DNA of 64,000 bases. It comes from an uncultured delta proteobacterium (GTDB lineage Bacteria > Desulfobacterota > Binatia > UBA9968). The notes under the pieces were generated by a model. It was not told the origin of the DNA. It worked only from the letters and a program-made list of their open reading frames with translations, and did no database searches. Below are positions 44,997 to 55,300 of this stretch, in pieces (the stretch's first letter is position 1; the number at the start of each line of letters is the position of its first letter). Where the stretch lies: assembly GCA_963745835.1 (NCBI GenBank), contig CAVUZH010000016.1, positions 288,001-352,000 on the forward strand, in the 5' to 3' direction. The position numbers and the translations under genes were made by a program.

Positions 44997-45791
44997 TCAT
45001 GCCGTGGAACCGGAAATCGCCGCCGGTGTACCCATCGTGGAGCCTAGCAGACTTCTGATTCTCAGGGTGTATTCACCGAACCCCACGCTGCTCATCATCT
45101 CCAGAGTCCGCGGTCGGGGAAGATCAATCGACAGCACTTTCAGCAGCCTGCCGGGCCTCGCAGACATAACGAATACGCGGTCCGACAAGAACACCGCTTC
45201 CTGGATGCTATGCGTAACGAACAAAACGGTTTTCTTCTTTTCTTCCCACAATCTCAGTAGCTCGAGATCCAACTCGTCGCGGGTCATTGCGTCGAGCGCT
45301 CCAAAAGGCTCGTCCATGAGCAGCAGTTGCGGATCGGTCACTAGGGCGCGACAGAGTGAAACTCGCTGCTGCATGCCGCCGGAGAGCTGATGCGGGTACA
45401 TCTCCTCGAAGCCGTCCAGCCCGACCAACTTGATCAAAGAACGAGCCCTCTCTATATGGTTGGCAACATTGCGCTTGGCGAACTCCACTGGCAATAGAAT
45501 ATTTCCCAAGACGGGACGCCATTTCAACAATACCGGAGCCTGAAACACCATGCCGACATTCTCTAGAGGTTCCTTGACAGCTTTGCCATTGATGGCAATT
45601 TGTCCCGATGACGCAGGGATGAGTCCCGAAAGAATTTTCAGCAAGGTGCTCTTGCCGCAGCCGCTGGGTCCTACGATGGAGACAAATTCGCTGGTGTTAA
45701 TCTCGAAAGAAATGCGCTCCAAGGCATTGACCATCTTGGCGCCGTTGGTAAACACCCGGCAGACATTGTCAACGGCAATTAGGGGTGGCAT
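44997..45791 (-). CDS. ABC transporter ATP-binding protein (NitT/TauT family)
   Basis: GPSGCGKST, LSGGMQQR, MDEPFGALD, FVTHS. Confidence 0.93.
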   Translation of the reverse strand: MPPLIAVDNVCRVFTNGAKMVNALERISFEINTSEFVSIVGPSGCGKSTLLKILSGLIPASSGQIAINGKAVKEPLENVGMVFQAPVLLKWRPVLGNILLPVEFAKRNVANHIERARSLIKLVGLDGFEEMYPHQLSGGMQQRVSLCRALVTDPQLLLMDEPFGALDAMTRDELDLELLRLWEEKKKTVLFVTHSIQEAVFLSDRVFVMSARPGRLLKVLSIDLPRPRTLEMMSSVGFGEYTLRIRSLLGSTMGTPAAISGSTA

Positions 45792-45930
45792 TGGACCCAA
45801 ACTGAGCCATACAATTTTCTTGGTAAACTAATCGGTACAAAACCCCTTCAACGGCAATTAGAGGTGGCATTGGACCCAAACTGGCCGATACGATCATCTC
45901 TTGGTAAACTGATCGGTACAAACTTTCAAC
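45769..45930. repeat. Imperfect 79-bp tandem duplication spanning the ATPase start
   Basis: tcaacggcaatta-g(g/a)ggtggcattggacccaaactg...ttggtaaact(a/g)atcggtacaa at 45769 and 45848. Confidence 0.9.
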
Positions 45931-45969
45931 TGCGATAAAAGCGGCACTGCGGAGTCGAAGTAGAACGCT

Positions 45970-46992
45970 TTATCTCTTGATAAACTGGTTGGTGAAAACT
46001 TCCTTCGAGGTAACCTTGCGCGCCACGTCGAAATAATCGTTGGTGATGCGGACCGTCTTTTCCATAATATCCGGTTTCATGTACCCCAAGCCGGACTGCA
46101 CCGATTCCGGCGGCAACATGACCTCGTATAGAGCGTTCCTCAGCTGCAGCATGGTGAGAGCTTGATCCAACTCGGGTTTTTGCTTCAGCAGGATCTGCAA
46201 TGCCTCCTCCTGGTTATCACGGGTGTAGCGCAGTCCTTCCATGGTACCTTCAACATAGGCCTTGACGAAATCGGGGCGTTTCTTGATATCCTCTTCCTTG
46301 GCCACCAAACCGCTACCGTAAATGTCGAGGCCAGTATCCTTCATGAAAATCCGCTTCAACTTACTCCCAACCTTGGATGCTGCCAGTTCCGCCACCTCAT
46401 CATTTGAAGCGCGGAACATGATAATAAAGTCCGCTTTCTTGGTCGCAAGCGCCGCCGGTTGGATTGGCGCCGCGGTCTCCTGAATCTTGATGGATTTAAA
46501 ATCGATGCCGTTGATCCGAGAGTAAGCCGGCATCAAAAACCACTGCGCCTGCCCGGGACTGATGGCCCATGATTTGCCTTGCAGATCCTTAAGTCCTTTT
46601 ATGGCAGAATCTTCGCGCCACAAGATGGTAGCGGCGACATAACCAAGCTGTCCTACGACCTGAACCCCGGTTCCGCGGGATCGCGCGACAATCGCCGTAG
46701 AGATATCGGCAAATCCAAAATCGGCGCCCCCGGCCGCAATCGTCCGCACAGTATCCGCCGAACCCGAGCCCGCCTGAATGGTCGCCGCCAAACCGCGTTT
46801 GGCGTAAAAACCTTTTTCCTGCGCCACGTACCATGGCGCATGTTTGCCGCCAATGATGAAGTCCATTCTAATGTTGGCTGCTGTCGGTTGCGCGGCCACG
46901 GCGCTGAAGGTGAAACTGGTCATCGCTATGATCGCGCTTAGGACCACCGCGGCAATGCGGCCGATGCTGAATCCGATGCCAACCTTCCTCAT
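45970..46992 (-). CDS. ABC transporter substrate-binding protein, NMT1/THI5-like
   Basis: Signal peptide, HAPWYVAQEKGFY, GSGSAD, DIYGSG. Confidence 0.9.
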   Translation of the reverse strand: MRKVGIGFSIGRIAAVVLSAIIAMTSFTFSAVAAQPTAANIRMDFIIGGKHAPWYVAQEKGFYAKRGLAATIQAGSGSADTVRTIAAGGADFGFADISTAIVARSRGTGVQVVGQLGYVAATILWREDSAIKGLKDLQGKSWAISPGQAQWFLMPAYSRINGIDFKSIKIQETAAPIQPAALATKKADFIIMFRASNDEVAELAASKVGSKLKRIFMKDTGLDIYGSGLVAKEEDIKKRPDFVKAYVEGTMEGLRYTRDNQEEALQILLKQKPELDQALTMLQLRNALYEVMLPPESVQSGLGYMKPDIMEKTVRITNDYFDVARKVTSKEVFTNQFIKR

Positions 46993-47009
46993 GAGCTCCA
47001 CCTCCGAAA

Positions 47010-47786
47010 TCAAAAAGAACCTTCCACCTGACGCACCTCAGCGCTCCACGGCGCCAATTTTCTTTGGATAATTTCAACCAGCCAAAAAAGCCCCAGGGAC
47101 AGCACGGCTAGAATCAGCAGAATCACCAGCGCAAATGCTGTATCCAAGCTGTAGTTCGCTTGCAAAACTAAATAGCCCAAGCCTTCGTTTGCGGCCACGA
47201 ACTCGGCGACAATCGCGCCAGTGACCGATAGTACGATAGCCACTTTGATCCCGGCGAACATGTAGGGTAACGAGTTAGGCAGACGAATTTTTTTGAAAAT
47301 ATCGAATTGAGAGCCGCGATTGATACGTGCCAACTCCAACAGTTCGGGCTCGACTTCTTTTAACCCGACGACGGTATTCACCACGATCGGGAAAAACGCG
47401 ACAAGAAAGGCAATCGCAATTTTAGACACAAGCCCATAGCCGACCCATATGACCATCAATGGCGCGAACGCGCTTTTTGGCATCGCATAAAGAATCACGA
47501 TGAGCGGATAAATAGTATTCTGTAGATGGGGCGAGTAGACGACCGCGACAGCGAAACCAATCCCCAAAAGTAAAGACAAGGCGAAGCCGCCGAAGGCTTC
47601 AATAAAGGTGATCCAGGCATGATGGCCAATAATCGGCAGCTTGTTTATGAAGGCGATCCAGAGATCGCGCGGCGGCGGCAAAATGAATGAAGGAACCTTG
47701 ATGATCTCGACCAAAATTTCCCAAAGAATTAGGAGAGCCAGGAAAAAAACTATCGGTTCGATGATGTTCCTCGTGCTAGCCTTCAC
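47010..47786 (-). CDS. ABC transporter permease (NitT/TauT family)
   Basis: FFPIVVNT, LPNSLPYMFAG, GAIVAEF, GLG. Confidence 0.92.
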   Translation of the reverse strand: MKASTRNIIEPIVFFLALLILWEILVEIIKVPSFILPPPRDLWIAFINKLPIIGHHAWITFIEAFGGFALSLLLGIGFAVAVVYSPHLQNTIYPLIVILYAMPKSAFAPLMVIWVGYGLVSKIAIAFLVAFFPIVVNTVVGLKEVEPELLELARINRGSQFDIFKKIRLPNSLPYMFAGIKVAIVLSVTGAIVAEFVAANEGLGYLVLQANYSLDTAFALVILLILAVLSLGLFWLVEIIQRKLAPWSAEVRQVEGSF

Positions 47787-47871
47787 GTCCCAACTCCGAA
47801 GCAGACGTTAAAGGAAAGCTCCTACCCTGTCAAGGAAACGGCCCGAACTAACCGGTGGCTGGAAATGTGGT

Positions 47872-48001
47872 TGCAGGCTCCTCAAAAAGACTCAGATGCG
47901 AGGCGCGAGATGTTCGATGAGCTGAGGCATACGCTTCAGTACGTTTGAAGCGAGGCGGAACGAGCGCAACAAGCATATGAGGCCTTTTCAGCAGCCTGCT
48001 A
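47872..48001 (-). mobile_element. MITE-like element, copy 1 (about 130 bp)
   Basis: Terminal inverted repeats GCAGGCTCCTCAAAAAG...CTTTTCAGCAGCCTGC; reverse complement aligns end to end with 49747-49875. Confidence 0.75.
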
Positions 48002-48004
48002 AGG

Positions 48005-49159
48005 CTATTCGAGTTCACGCTTGAGCTGGCTGCGCTCAAGCAGTACATCGCGTTTCTGGCGAATCAACTCCCGCTCTTGTTTTAGAAAGCGCTCGACTGC
48101 GCGTCGGAATCTGCCGTCGACGATGTAATGCATGCTGGTGGTGTGCTCGGGATCCAGACCACGAAGTTGCTTGAAGCTGCCGCCGGCGCCGGCTTCAAAC
48201 CGTTGAAGTCCCATGTTAATGCAGTGCTCGATGGCTGAGTAATAGCAAACATTGAAGTGGAGAAAAGGCTGATCCCGGAACGCGCCCCAGTATCGCCCGT
48301 ACATGGCCGTATCATCTCTGATGTTAAAGGTTCCGGCAATAATCTTGCCGTCGCCTTCGGCCAGCATCAAGCAGACATTGCTCGCGAACCTTCGTTGAAG
48401 TTGGTGAAAGAACTCCTCCGTGAGATATTGGCGGCCGTAATAGAGTCGATCGACGTGACCCTTGTAAAGACGAAACATGGTGCGCATATGTTTCTCAGTC
48501 AGCTGTTCGCCCTCCACCGCACCAATTGAGATTCCCTGCTGGGCGATTTCTCTCCGTTCGCGCTTGATCTTGTTGCGCCGATCGCTGCGGAAGCTGCCGA
48601 GATAATCATCAAACGAGCTAAAATCGTGGTTCTGCCAGTGAAACTGGATGCCCCGCCGGGGAATAAAGCCGATTTCTTCGAGAGCGGTGACTTCATCGTC
48701 CAAACAGAAGTTAACGTGAACTGAAGAAATTTTGTTGTCCGCCGCAATCTTGGCCAAGGCCTGCCCCATGACCGTGATCAAGGCGCTTCGATCGGCTCCC
48801 ACGCCGGTCAAAAAGCGAGGACCCGTTACCGGCGTAAAGGGCACCCCAACGAGCATCTTGGGATAATACTGAATGCCGACATGATGGGCCGTCTCAGCCC
48901 ACTCATAATCAAAGACGAACTCTCCCATACTGTGGAGCTTGAGGTACATGGGGCACGCCGCAACCACTTTTCCGGCGCGTTCCACCACCAGATGATGAGG
49001 CAGCCAACCGGTTTCATCGTTGACGCAGCCCGACCCCTCCAAGCTGTCCAGCCAATGCCACTTCAAGAAAGGCGAGCCGTTGACCAGCAGGGCATCCCAT
49101 TGCACTTGCGGGATTTCCGAAATCTTGCGAATAGCCTTAATCGAGACGTCGGTGCTCAT
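48005..49159 (-). CDS. GNAT family N-acetyltransferase (FemAB-like / DUF482)
   Basis: YLKLHSMGEFVFD, VPFTPVTGPR, YGRYWG, LHFNVCYY, FEAGAGG. Confidence 0.92.
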   Translation of the reverse strand: MSTDVSIKAIRKISEIPQVQWDALLVNGSPFLKWHWLDSLEGSGCVNDETGWLPHHLVVERAGKVVAACPMYLKLHSMGEFVFDYEWAETAHHVGIQYYPKMLVGVPFTPVTGPRFLTGVGADRSALITVMGQALAKIAADNKISSVHVNFCLDDEVTALEEIGFIPRRGIQFHWQNHDFSSFDDYLGSFRSDRRNKIKRERREIAQQGISIGAVEGEQLTEKHMRTMFRLYKGHVDRLYYGRQYLTEEFFHQLQRRFASNVCLMLAEGDGKIIAGTFNIRDDTAMYGRYWGAFRDQPFLHFNVCYYSAIEHCINMGLQRFEAGAGGSFKQLRGLDPEHTTSMHYIVDGRFRRAVERFLKQERELIRQKRDVLLERSQLKRELE

Positions 49160-49305
49160 CAAGGCGACTCTATCATGATTGCAAGGACCGGCAAGATTTC
49201 GGATAATTCTAAGTAGACGCGATGAATTCCCGTTGATGCCAGGCGGGCTTGACTTCATCCCGAAAGGTTCTTAAATGGTTATTCCTCAGACGGTGGACTT
49301 AACTT

Positions 49306-49749
49306 ATGGTGATCTACAACCTTCTCTGCAAAAAAAAACACAACTTTGAGGGCTGGTTTCCGAGCTTCGAGGAGTATCAGAAACAAGCCGAACAAAGCCT
49401 GATTTCCTGCCCTACCTGCGGCACGACAAAAGTTGAGAAGGTACCGCATGCCTGCGCCGTACATGTAAAGAAGGAGCAGCCAGCTCCGCCTGCAAAGACA
49501 GCGAGCCGAACACCGCCGGCACCGCCATCTCCGGCTGAATTTAAGGAAATGCTACTTAAGGTTCACCATTACGTTAAGCAGAATTTCGAAGACGTCGGAT
49601 CTCGGTTTGCCGATGAGGCGCGGCAGATTCACCGCGGAAAGGCTGAAGAGCGGCCGATTCACGGCACTGCGACGGCTAGTGAAGCAGCTGAGCTTGCCGA
49701 TGAAGGTGTCCCCCATGTAGTTCTTCCTAAACCCGATTTGGACAGCTAG
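49306..49749 (+). CDS. DUF1178 family protein
   Basis: LC...HNFEGWF, CPTCG, EDVGSRFADEARQIH, RPIHG. Confidence 0.9.
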   Translation: MVIYNLLCKKKHNFEGWFPSFEEYQKQAEQSLISCPTCGTTKVEKVPHACAVHVKKEQPAPPAKTASRTPPAPPSPAEFKEMLLKVHHYVKQNFEDVGSRFADEARQIHRGKAEERPIHGTATASEAAELADEGVPHVVLPKPDLDS

Positions 49750-49875
49750 CAGGCTGCTCAAAAAGTCGCATATGCTTCGTTCCGCTCGCCCGACTCGCTC
49801 TCAACGTACTGAAGCGTACGCCTCAGCTCATCGAACTTCGCGCGTCTTGCCTCTGAGTCTTTTTGAGCGCCTGTA
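49747..49875 (+). mobile_element. MITE-like element, copy 2 (about 130 bp)
   Basis: TAGCAGGCTGCTCAAAAAG...CTTTTTGAGCGCCTG; begins in the DUF1178 stop codon. Confidence 0.75.
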
Positions 49876-50055
49876 ATCCTGCCTCCATTTCCGCTTGACA
49901 AACCCGTTCCTCGCAGAAAGCTGAAAGCGGAAATCTGAAAATCCGGAAGTCAGTTTAAGCTTTCATAATTCATTTTTTTGCAGTCTGACTGCCCTTGCAT
50001 TGTCAGAGCTTCTGCGAAATAGAGGAAGCTTGTTCCTTGAACGACAGGAGGCTCC

Positions 50056-51138
50056 ATGCTGCTGATTAATAATCAAACCGTCGAACAGATTCTCGACATG
50101 AAAGGTTGCATGACCGCGTTGGAAACCGGCTATCGCGATCTCATCAATGAGCGCGCAGTCTACCGCGGCCGTTACGACCTATTCGTGCCCAACGACGATC
50201 CAAAAATAATGTATCGCTGGGGCACCATGGAAGGAGCCTCCAGAAGCTTCGAAACTTTCGCCATTCGCATGAAGTCAGACATGCTGGAATGGCCTGAGGG
50301 AAAGACGGTGGAAAAATATTGCATCGAGCCAGGAACCTTCTGCGGCATCGTCCTGGTATTTTCCACCCGCAACGGCGAGCCTTTGGCAATCATCAATGAC
50401 GGCATCATCCAGCATATGCGCGTCGGTGGCTGCGCCGGTTTGGGCGTGAAATATCTATCGCGTGAAGATTCCCACGTGGTCGGTATCTTCGGCGCAGGCG
50501 GAATGGCGCGCACTTATCTGCTGGCTTTCAACGAGGTCAGGAAAATTACCGAGGTACGGGTTTACAGCCCGACAAAAAAGAATCGTGACACTTTTGCCCA
50601 AGAAATGGGTGAGAAGTTAGCAATCAAAATCATACCCGTAGAGCGCCCAGAGGATGCCGTGCGCGGTTGCGACATCATCGCCACCTGCACCGATTCCATT
50701 CAAGTCGTCGTCGATGATCATTCGTGGATCGAGCCCGGCATGCACCTCACCTGTGTCAAATCCAACGAATGGAACCCCGAGATCGTCAAGAAATCCGATC
50801 TCGTCATCAAAATGGGCCGGGCCACGATGAATCTCGATGTCGGCATGCGCCGCATCGGCGGCGAAGCGGCCGTGGTCGCCGGCAACGAGGAGGAGATCAA
50901 GAGAATCGCCAATCCCCGGGTCGACATTTTTTCCAGCGACTTCCCCCTGCTCACCGATATCATGTCCGGCAAACTCAAAGGTCGAACAGATCGCAATCAG
51001 GTTACCTTTTTTGCCAACAGCGGTACTCAAGGTTTGCAATTTGCGTCGACTGCCGGCTACGTCGTTCGTGAGGCAAAACGGCGCGGCCTCGGCCAAGAGA
51101 TACCTACCAACTGGTTTCTACAGGACATCAGAGACTAG
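50056..51138 (+). CDS. Ornithine cyclodeaminase / mu-crystallin family protein
   Basis: GEPLAIIND...MRVG, GIFGAGGMA Rossmann motif, DIIATCTDS, PGMH. Confidence 0.9.
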   Translation: MLLINNQTVEQILDMKGCMTALETGYRDLINERAVYRGRYDLFVPNDDPKIMYRWGTMEGASRSFETFAIRMKSDMLEWPEGKTVEKYCIEPGTFCGIVLVFSTRNGEPLAIINDGIIQHMRVGGCAGLGVKYLSREDSHVVGIFGAGGMARTYLLAFNEVRKITEVRVYSPTKKNRDTFAQEMGEKLAIKIIPVERPEDAVRGCDIIATCTDSIQVVVDDHSWIEPGMHLTCVKSNEWNPEIVKKSDLVIKMGRATMNLDVGMRRIGGEAAVVAGNEEEIKRIANPRVDIFSSDFPLLTDIMSGKLKGRTDRNQVTFFANSGTQGLQFASTAGYVVREAKRRGLGQEIPTNWFLQDIRD

Positions 51139-51489
51139 CATCTACAGCGGACAGACGACTGGCGATCAATTGGGCGCCCCGGTAAGCCAATATTTTCGCC
51201 CCGACTTTAGTTCATCAATCGTGGAGTCGAAAATTTAGATCATATTAACTCTTCTTTTATCTTACCGTCCTCTCGATTGATAAAGTCGCGAGCGAAAACG
51301 AGATGGCGTATGGAATAAGAGTAGCGATTTGGAGAAGTTGGAAAAACTCAGATTCGGGACGGCGGCCGACGCGATGCCGCCGTATACAGGTCTATGTCCT
51401 CCTTTGGAGTGCTGATGGTAAAGGACGGTGTTTTCTTCGGCAGCCGCTAGAAGCCAATTATTTTCGAGGAGAGAGATTGTTTTTCGGAG

Positions 51490-52881
51490 TTAAACTCTGG
51501 CAAACCGCCGGCAAAAATCGGCTTTCAGCTCTTCGTCAGATATCGTTTTGCTAAGAGACTCGACCAGCTCTGTAAGCCGCGCCTGTGGAAATTCTTCCAT
51601 GGATTCCCCAAAGGCCCTCACCTGATCACGGATAATCAGGGATGCGATGCTCCCCATCACATTGCTGAGCTCGCTGAACTCAGTGATCATACGGTCGAAA
51701 GCGTATTGCGAGACGGTTTGCGAAGCGGCTTCCGATACCATGGGCATGACTGTCGCAGCCTGAAATTGGACGGCAGTGGATTTCTCTTCGCCGTTTTTTG
51801 ATTGTTCGCGTTCGACAGGTGTTCCAGGAGCTTGGGCCTGAGTATCAGTCAAAGCTTGTGCTTCACTGTGGTTCCACCCGTTTCTGTGGGGGTCCAACTC
51901 GGTGTTTAGAACGAAGGCCTGGCCATTTCGCTCTTGGCCGAGTTCTTTGATGGGCGATTCCGAAGCTAGCAATCTACTGTTCTCAACAAGTCCGCCGACG
52001 ATCTGCTCTGTCTGGCTAAGTTGGGCTTGCAGCGCTGCGATCTTCATCTTGAGACCGTCAATGACCTGCTCGGCATGTTGGGCCTTGCTCGACGCCACTT
52101 CTTTTGCGTGCCCGTTCGCCAACTGCAAATGCGTTACCTGATCTATCATGGCATCCAGTTTTGATTTCAAATCGGTTACTTCGGATTCTCGAGTCTCGAG
52201 AGCTTCTTCTTTCTTCTTCACTGTGCTCTGTAAATCGCGAATTTCGACGCTAAGATTTTCTTCCAGCTTTTGGCTGGCAACGTCTTTCTGATGTATGGTT
52301 TGTTCCGTCTCTCTAAGTCTAACCTCCAGCGCGGCAATGTTTGTCTTGAGACCGTCGATAACCTGCTCGGCACGTTGCGCCTCACTCGCCGAGTCTGCTT
52401 TTGCGTGTTCGATCGCCGATTCCAAATGGCTTACCTGTACGGTCATGACATCTATTTTTGACTTGAGAACGTTCATCTCGGATTCTCGAGTCTCGAGAGC
52501 TTCTTCTTTCTTCTTCACCGCGCTTTGTAAATCGCGGATTTCGCCGCTAAGATTTTCTTCCATTTTTTGGCTGCCAGCCTCTTTTCTACGGAGAGTGTCC
52601 TCGGTCTCTCGAAGCTTAGTCTCCAGCATGGTGATATTTGCTTTAAGACCTTCAATGACCTGCTCCGCATGTTGCGCCTCACGCGCCACCACAGCTTGGT
52701 CGTCGCTAACTGCCGCTTTCAAACTACCGATTCGGTCGACTAAGAGTTTCTCAAGCTCCTGTATTGCATCATTCAAACTGCTGTCACTATCTTTTACCCG
52801 CGCGGAAATCATGAGGTGCGGTTTCCGGCGATGAAGAGTCCCCTGCACTACGCCTCTGACTGATTGCATTACTTTGGTCAT
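51490..52881 (-). CDS. Coiled-coil protein with internal 99-aa repeats and a small helical C-terminal domain
   Basis: GGAGG RBS; about 2.2 copies of a 297-bp unit (AQHAEQVIEGLK...KKKEEALETRESE). Confidence 0.75.
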   Translation of the reverse strand: MTKVMQSVRGVVQGTLHRRKPHLMISARVKDSDSSLNDAIQELEKLLVDRIGSLKAAVSDDQAVVAREAQHAEQVIEGLKANITMLETKLRETEDTLRRKEAGSQKMEENLSGEIRDLQSAVKKKEEALETRESEMNVLKSKIDVMTVQVSHLESAIEHAKADSASEAQRAEQVIDGLKTNIAALEVRLRETEQTIHQKDVASQKLEENLSVEIRDLQSTVKKKEEALETRESEVTDLKSKLDAMIDQVTHLQLANGHAKEVASSKAQHAEQVIDGLKMKIAALQAQLSQTEQIVGGLVENSRLLASESPIKELGQERNGQAFVLNTELDPHRNGWNHSEAQALTDTQAQAPGTPVEREQSKNGEEKSTAVQFQAATVMPMVSEAASQTVSQYAFDRMITEFSELSNVMGSIASLIIRDQVRAFGESMEEFPQARLTELVESLSKTISDEELKADFCRRFARV

Positions 52882-53502
52882 ATGTCCTCCGACCTAAGTG
52901 TCCAAACTTTTGTCACTGCTTGTCAATAAAATTCTGTACGCTACAACTAGACAACCGAATTTTCTGGGATCAACTGGATTATCTCTCATAGTGACGCTAT
53001 GGCATTTCTTGATGCCCTTTGTTCATTTAAGCCGTCGTGTTGCCATATCACCGATGCCGATGACACGAGACGGCATTACAAGCAGTTCACCATACTCTTT
53101 CGGATTCCATGGGATTCACGCCGTCTCTTCCAACATCACGGGTATCAGCGTCGCGCTCTTGTATGGACAGCACGAACCAACCGCCAAGCAGGAAGATAAA
53201 ACCGGTTAACGAAACCGAGCTCGACGATCAAAACCTTTCAATCTGAGCAAACACGGCAGGGCTTCAATCGCGGATTACCGGAGCCGACAACAGAACGGGA
53301 ACACAGGGCGGCAAATTCCTCCGGGGAGTATTGGCTGAAGTGTTGATGGTCTTATGGACGCGGCGCAGCTTATATCGGTAAGGAGTGTCGGGAGTCAGGA
53401 CACCTGACAGCGCTGGGACTGCAACTAATTAGCCTTAATTCATGCCACCGTCCCGATTGGTGACCGAAAGATTAAACTACCGCCAGTATACAGGCTGGGT
53501 AT

Positions 53503-53652
53503 TTACGGTACGCGACGGCGTTGCTCCGCTCTCATCTTCAACGTGAAGCTGTCGTCGATGAGTCGGCGACTATTTTCGACAGTATCGCGGTATTCTTGAA
53601 CGATGCGCCTGCTGTTTTGCAAGAGCTTTTCAGATAAAACTCTCGCCTCCAT
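53503..53652 (-). CDS. Possible 49-aa small helical protein
   Basis: Manually read ORF MEARVLSEKLLQNSRRIVQEYRDTVENSRRLIDDSFTLKMRAEQRRRVP; no clear RBS. Confidence 0.3.
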   Translation of the reverse strand: MEARVLSEKLLQNSRRIVQEYRDTVENSRRLIDDSFTLKMRAEQRRRVP

Positions 53653-53913
53653 GAGTTCGGATTCATGCGCATGATTTATTGTTGGTTTAGAATCGCCATG
53701 TCTAAATCCTATATTGGGATTAGCAAGAACTCGACTGATTGGTCAAGATAACCGCCGCCTTAACGTCGGCTGGGTCGCCCCTGGTTTTTGTTGACGATCT
53801 AGAACGTGGATACCGTTTGCTATTCCATTCCAATAAGCCTAGCGTGATCATCTAAATCATATTTGAGCTTAACGGGGCGACAGGACCGCAAGCGCGAATA
53901 GGGAGGTCCTGCG

Positions 53914-54486
53914 ATGAATAATAAGAATGGACCCACCACTCCGCATATAAAGCCCCTTCCACCGGCTGACGCGTCTCCGGAAGCAAGAGATACTTACGAG
54001 GAATTTCGCTGCAGGATGGGCTTTCCCTCGCCTCCCAATTTCATCACGACGCAGGGGCACTCGCCCACGGTAGTTAAAGGGAGTTGGGATCTTGTCCGCA
54101 ACGTGCTCCTGACCGGCAAAATAGAGCGCTGGGTAAAGGAAATGCTTTTTGCGGCGATTTCAAAAGATCGTAATTGTCACTATTGCGCGGCGGCCCATAT
54201 CGCTTGTTGCCGAATGCTTGGTCTAGATCCCGAAATGCTGAATGCTTTAGTTCGGGACGTCAATTCGCTTAGCAATCCAAAGCTGCGCGATATGATTCTG
54301 TTTGGCCTCAAGTGTTCCAAAAACCCACAAGGGATATCTGAAGCCGATTACGAAAAGCTGCGCCACCACGGACTAAATCAGCCTGAAATATTGGAATTGA
54401 TCGCAATGTCCGGCTTGGCTGTGTATGCGAATATTATGGCCGACGCGACAGGCATGGAAGCGGATGCCATATTTGTCACTCGTTAG
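53914..54486 (+). CDS. Peroxidase-related enzyme (AhpD/CMD family)
   Basis: KEML...ISKDRNCHYCAAAH (CxxC...H); GGGAGG RBS. Confidence 0.88.
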   Translation: MNNKNGPTTPHIKPLPPADASPEARDTYEEFRCRMGFPSPPNFITTQGHSPTVVKGSWDLVRNVLLTGKIERWVKEMLFAAISKDRNCHYCAAAHIACCRMLGLDPEMLNALVRDVNSLSNPKLRDMILFGLKCSKNPQGISEADYEKLRHHGLNQPEILELIAMSGLAVYANIMADATGMEADAIFVTR

Positions 54487-54865
54487 TAACATGGCGTATC
54501 CTCTCGCCAACTATACCCGTGCGGACCAGCCCATAAGGAGACCGCTGCGCCAGTGGAGTGCCGGGCAAACCGTCTCTCTTTCAGCCTCGCAATACGTTCT
54601 TACCGCATCCGTTCCGGTGTAAATCCGAGTATGCGGAGAGCTGCATCCCAATCTCGCCCGTTTAGCCAAAGCCCTTCTACATAACGGGGCGAAGATAGAT
54701 GCCGCGACCTCAGGTGCGGCTAAACTCAGCGCCCGGCGAGATCGACGCCTCATCCCCTGGCGCACCCTGTACGGCGTTCGGAAAGCGCGTTCAAATACTT
54801 GTCGCAACACTATCCAGCATATTTTCCTGGAGGTAGGTTCGATAACGGGAGCCGAAGGAATCGTA

Positions 54866-55300
54866 ATGGAAATACTTACTCCGCAAAGCATCGGCGGCGA
54901 GAGTCGGGACCACAGCGGGACTACAAATCCGGCTCTCAAGGCGGCTGTTACCAACGGCGTGCTTAAGCTTATCAAGCGCGACATCAACAGCAGCGCGGAT
55001 GCCCGACGTTGGCGCGACATCGTTCTCAACCTTAAGCAGCGTGTTGGCTAAGAGAAGTTCAAGCGCGAGTCGATGCGCGTGAAAATCGTCGCTATCGCTA
55101 ATCTAACGCTCTCACTCGAAAGGGAGACGGAAGGTGGTATCGAAGACACGCACGGTAAGCTCCTACGAAAAGCTGATTATGATCGAAACGTCCACCCGCA
55201 CACACTGCTATATAGGGAAGGAAACGTTGAACGAACGATACACATCATCGGCCAGATCTCGTCACTGTTGAAGTCGATCGGCATCAACGATGAAAAATAG
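54866..55300 (+). pseudogene. Hypothetical gene split by one in-frame TAA
   Basis: ORFs 54866-55051 and 55073-55300 share a frame, separated only by TAA at 55049-55051. Confidence 0.4.

Noticed and set aside
52898-53209. 103-aa plus-strand ORF and overlapping short ORFs
   Set aside because: No RBS, motif or composition support; coding strand cannot be decided by eye.
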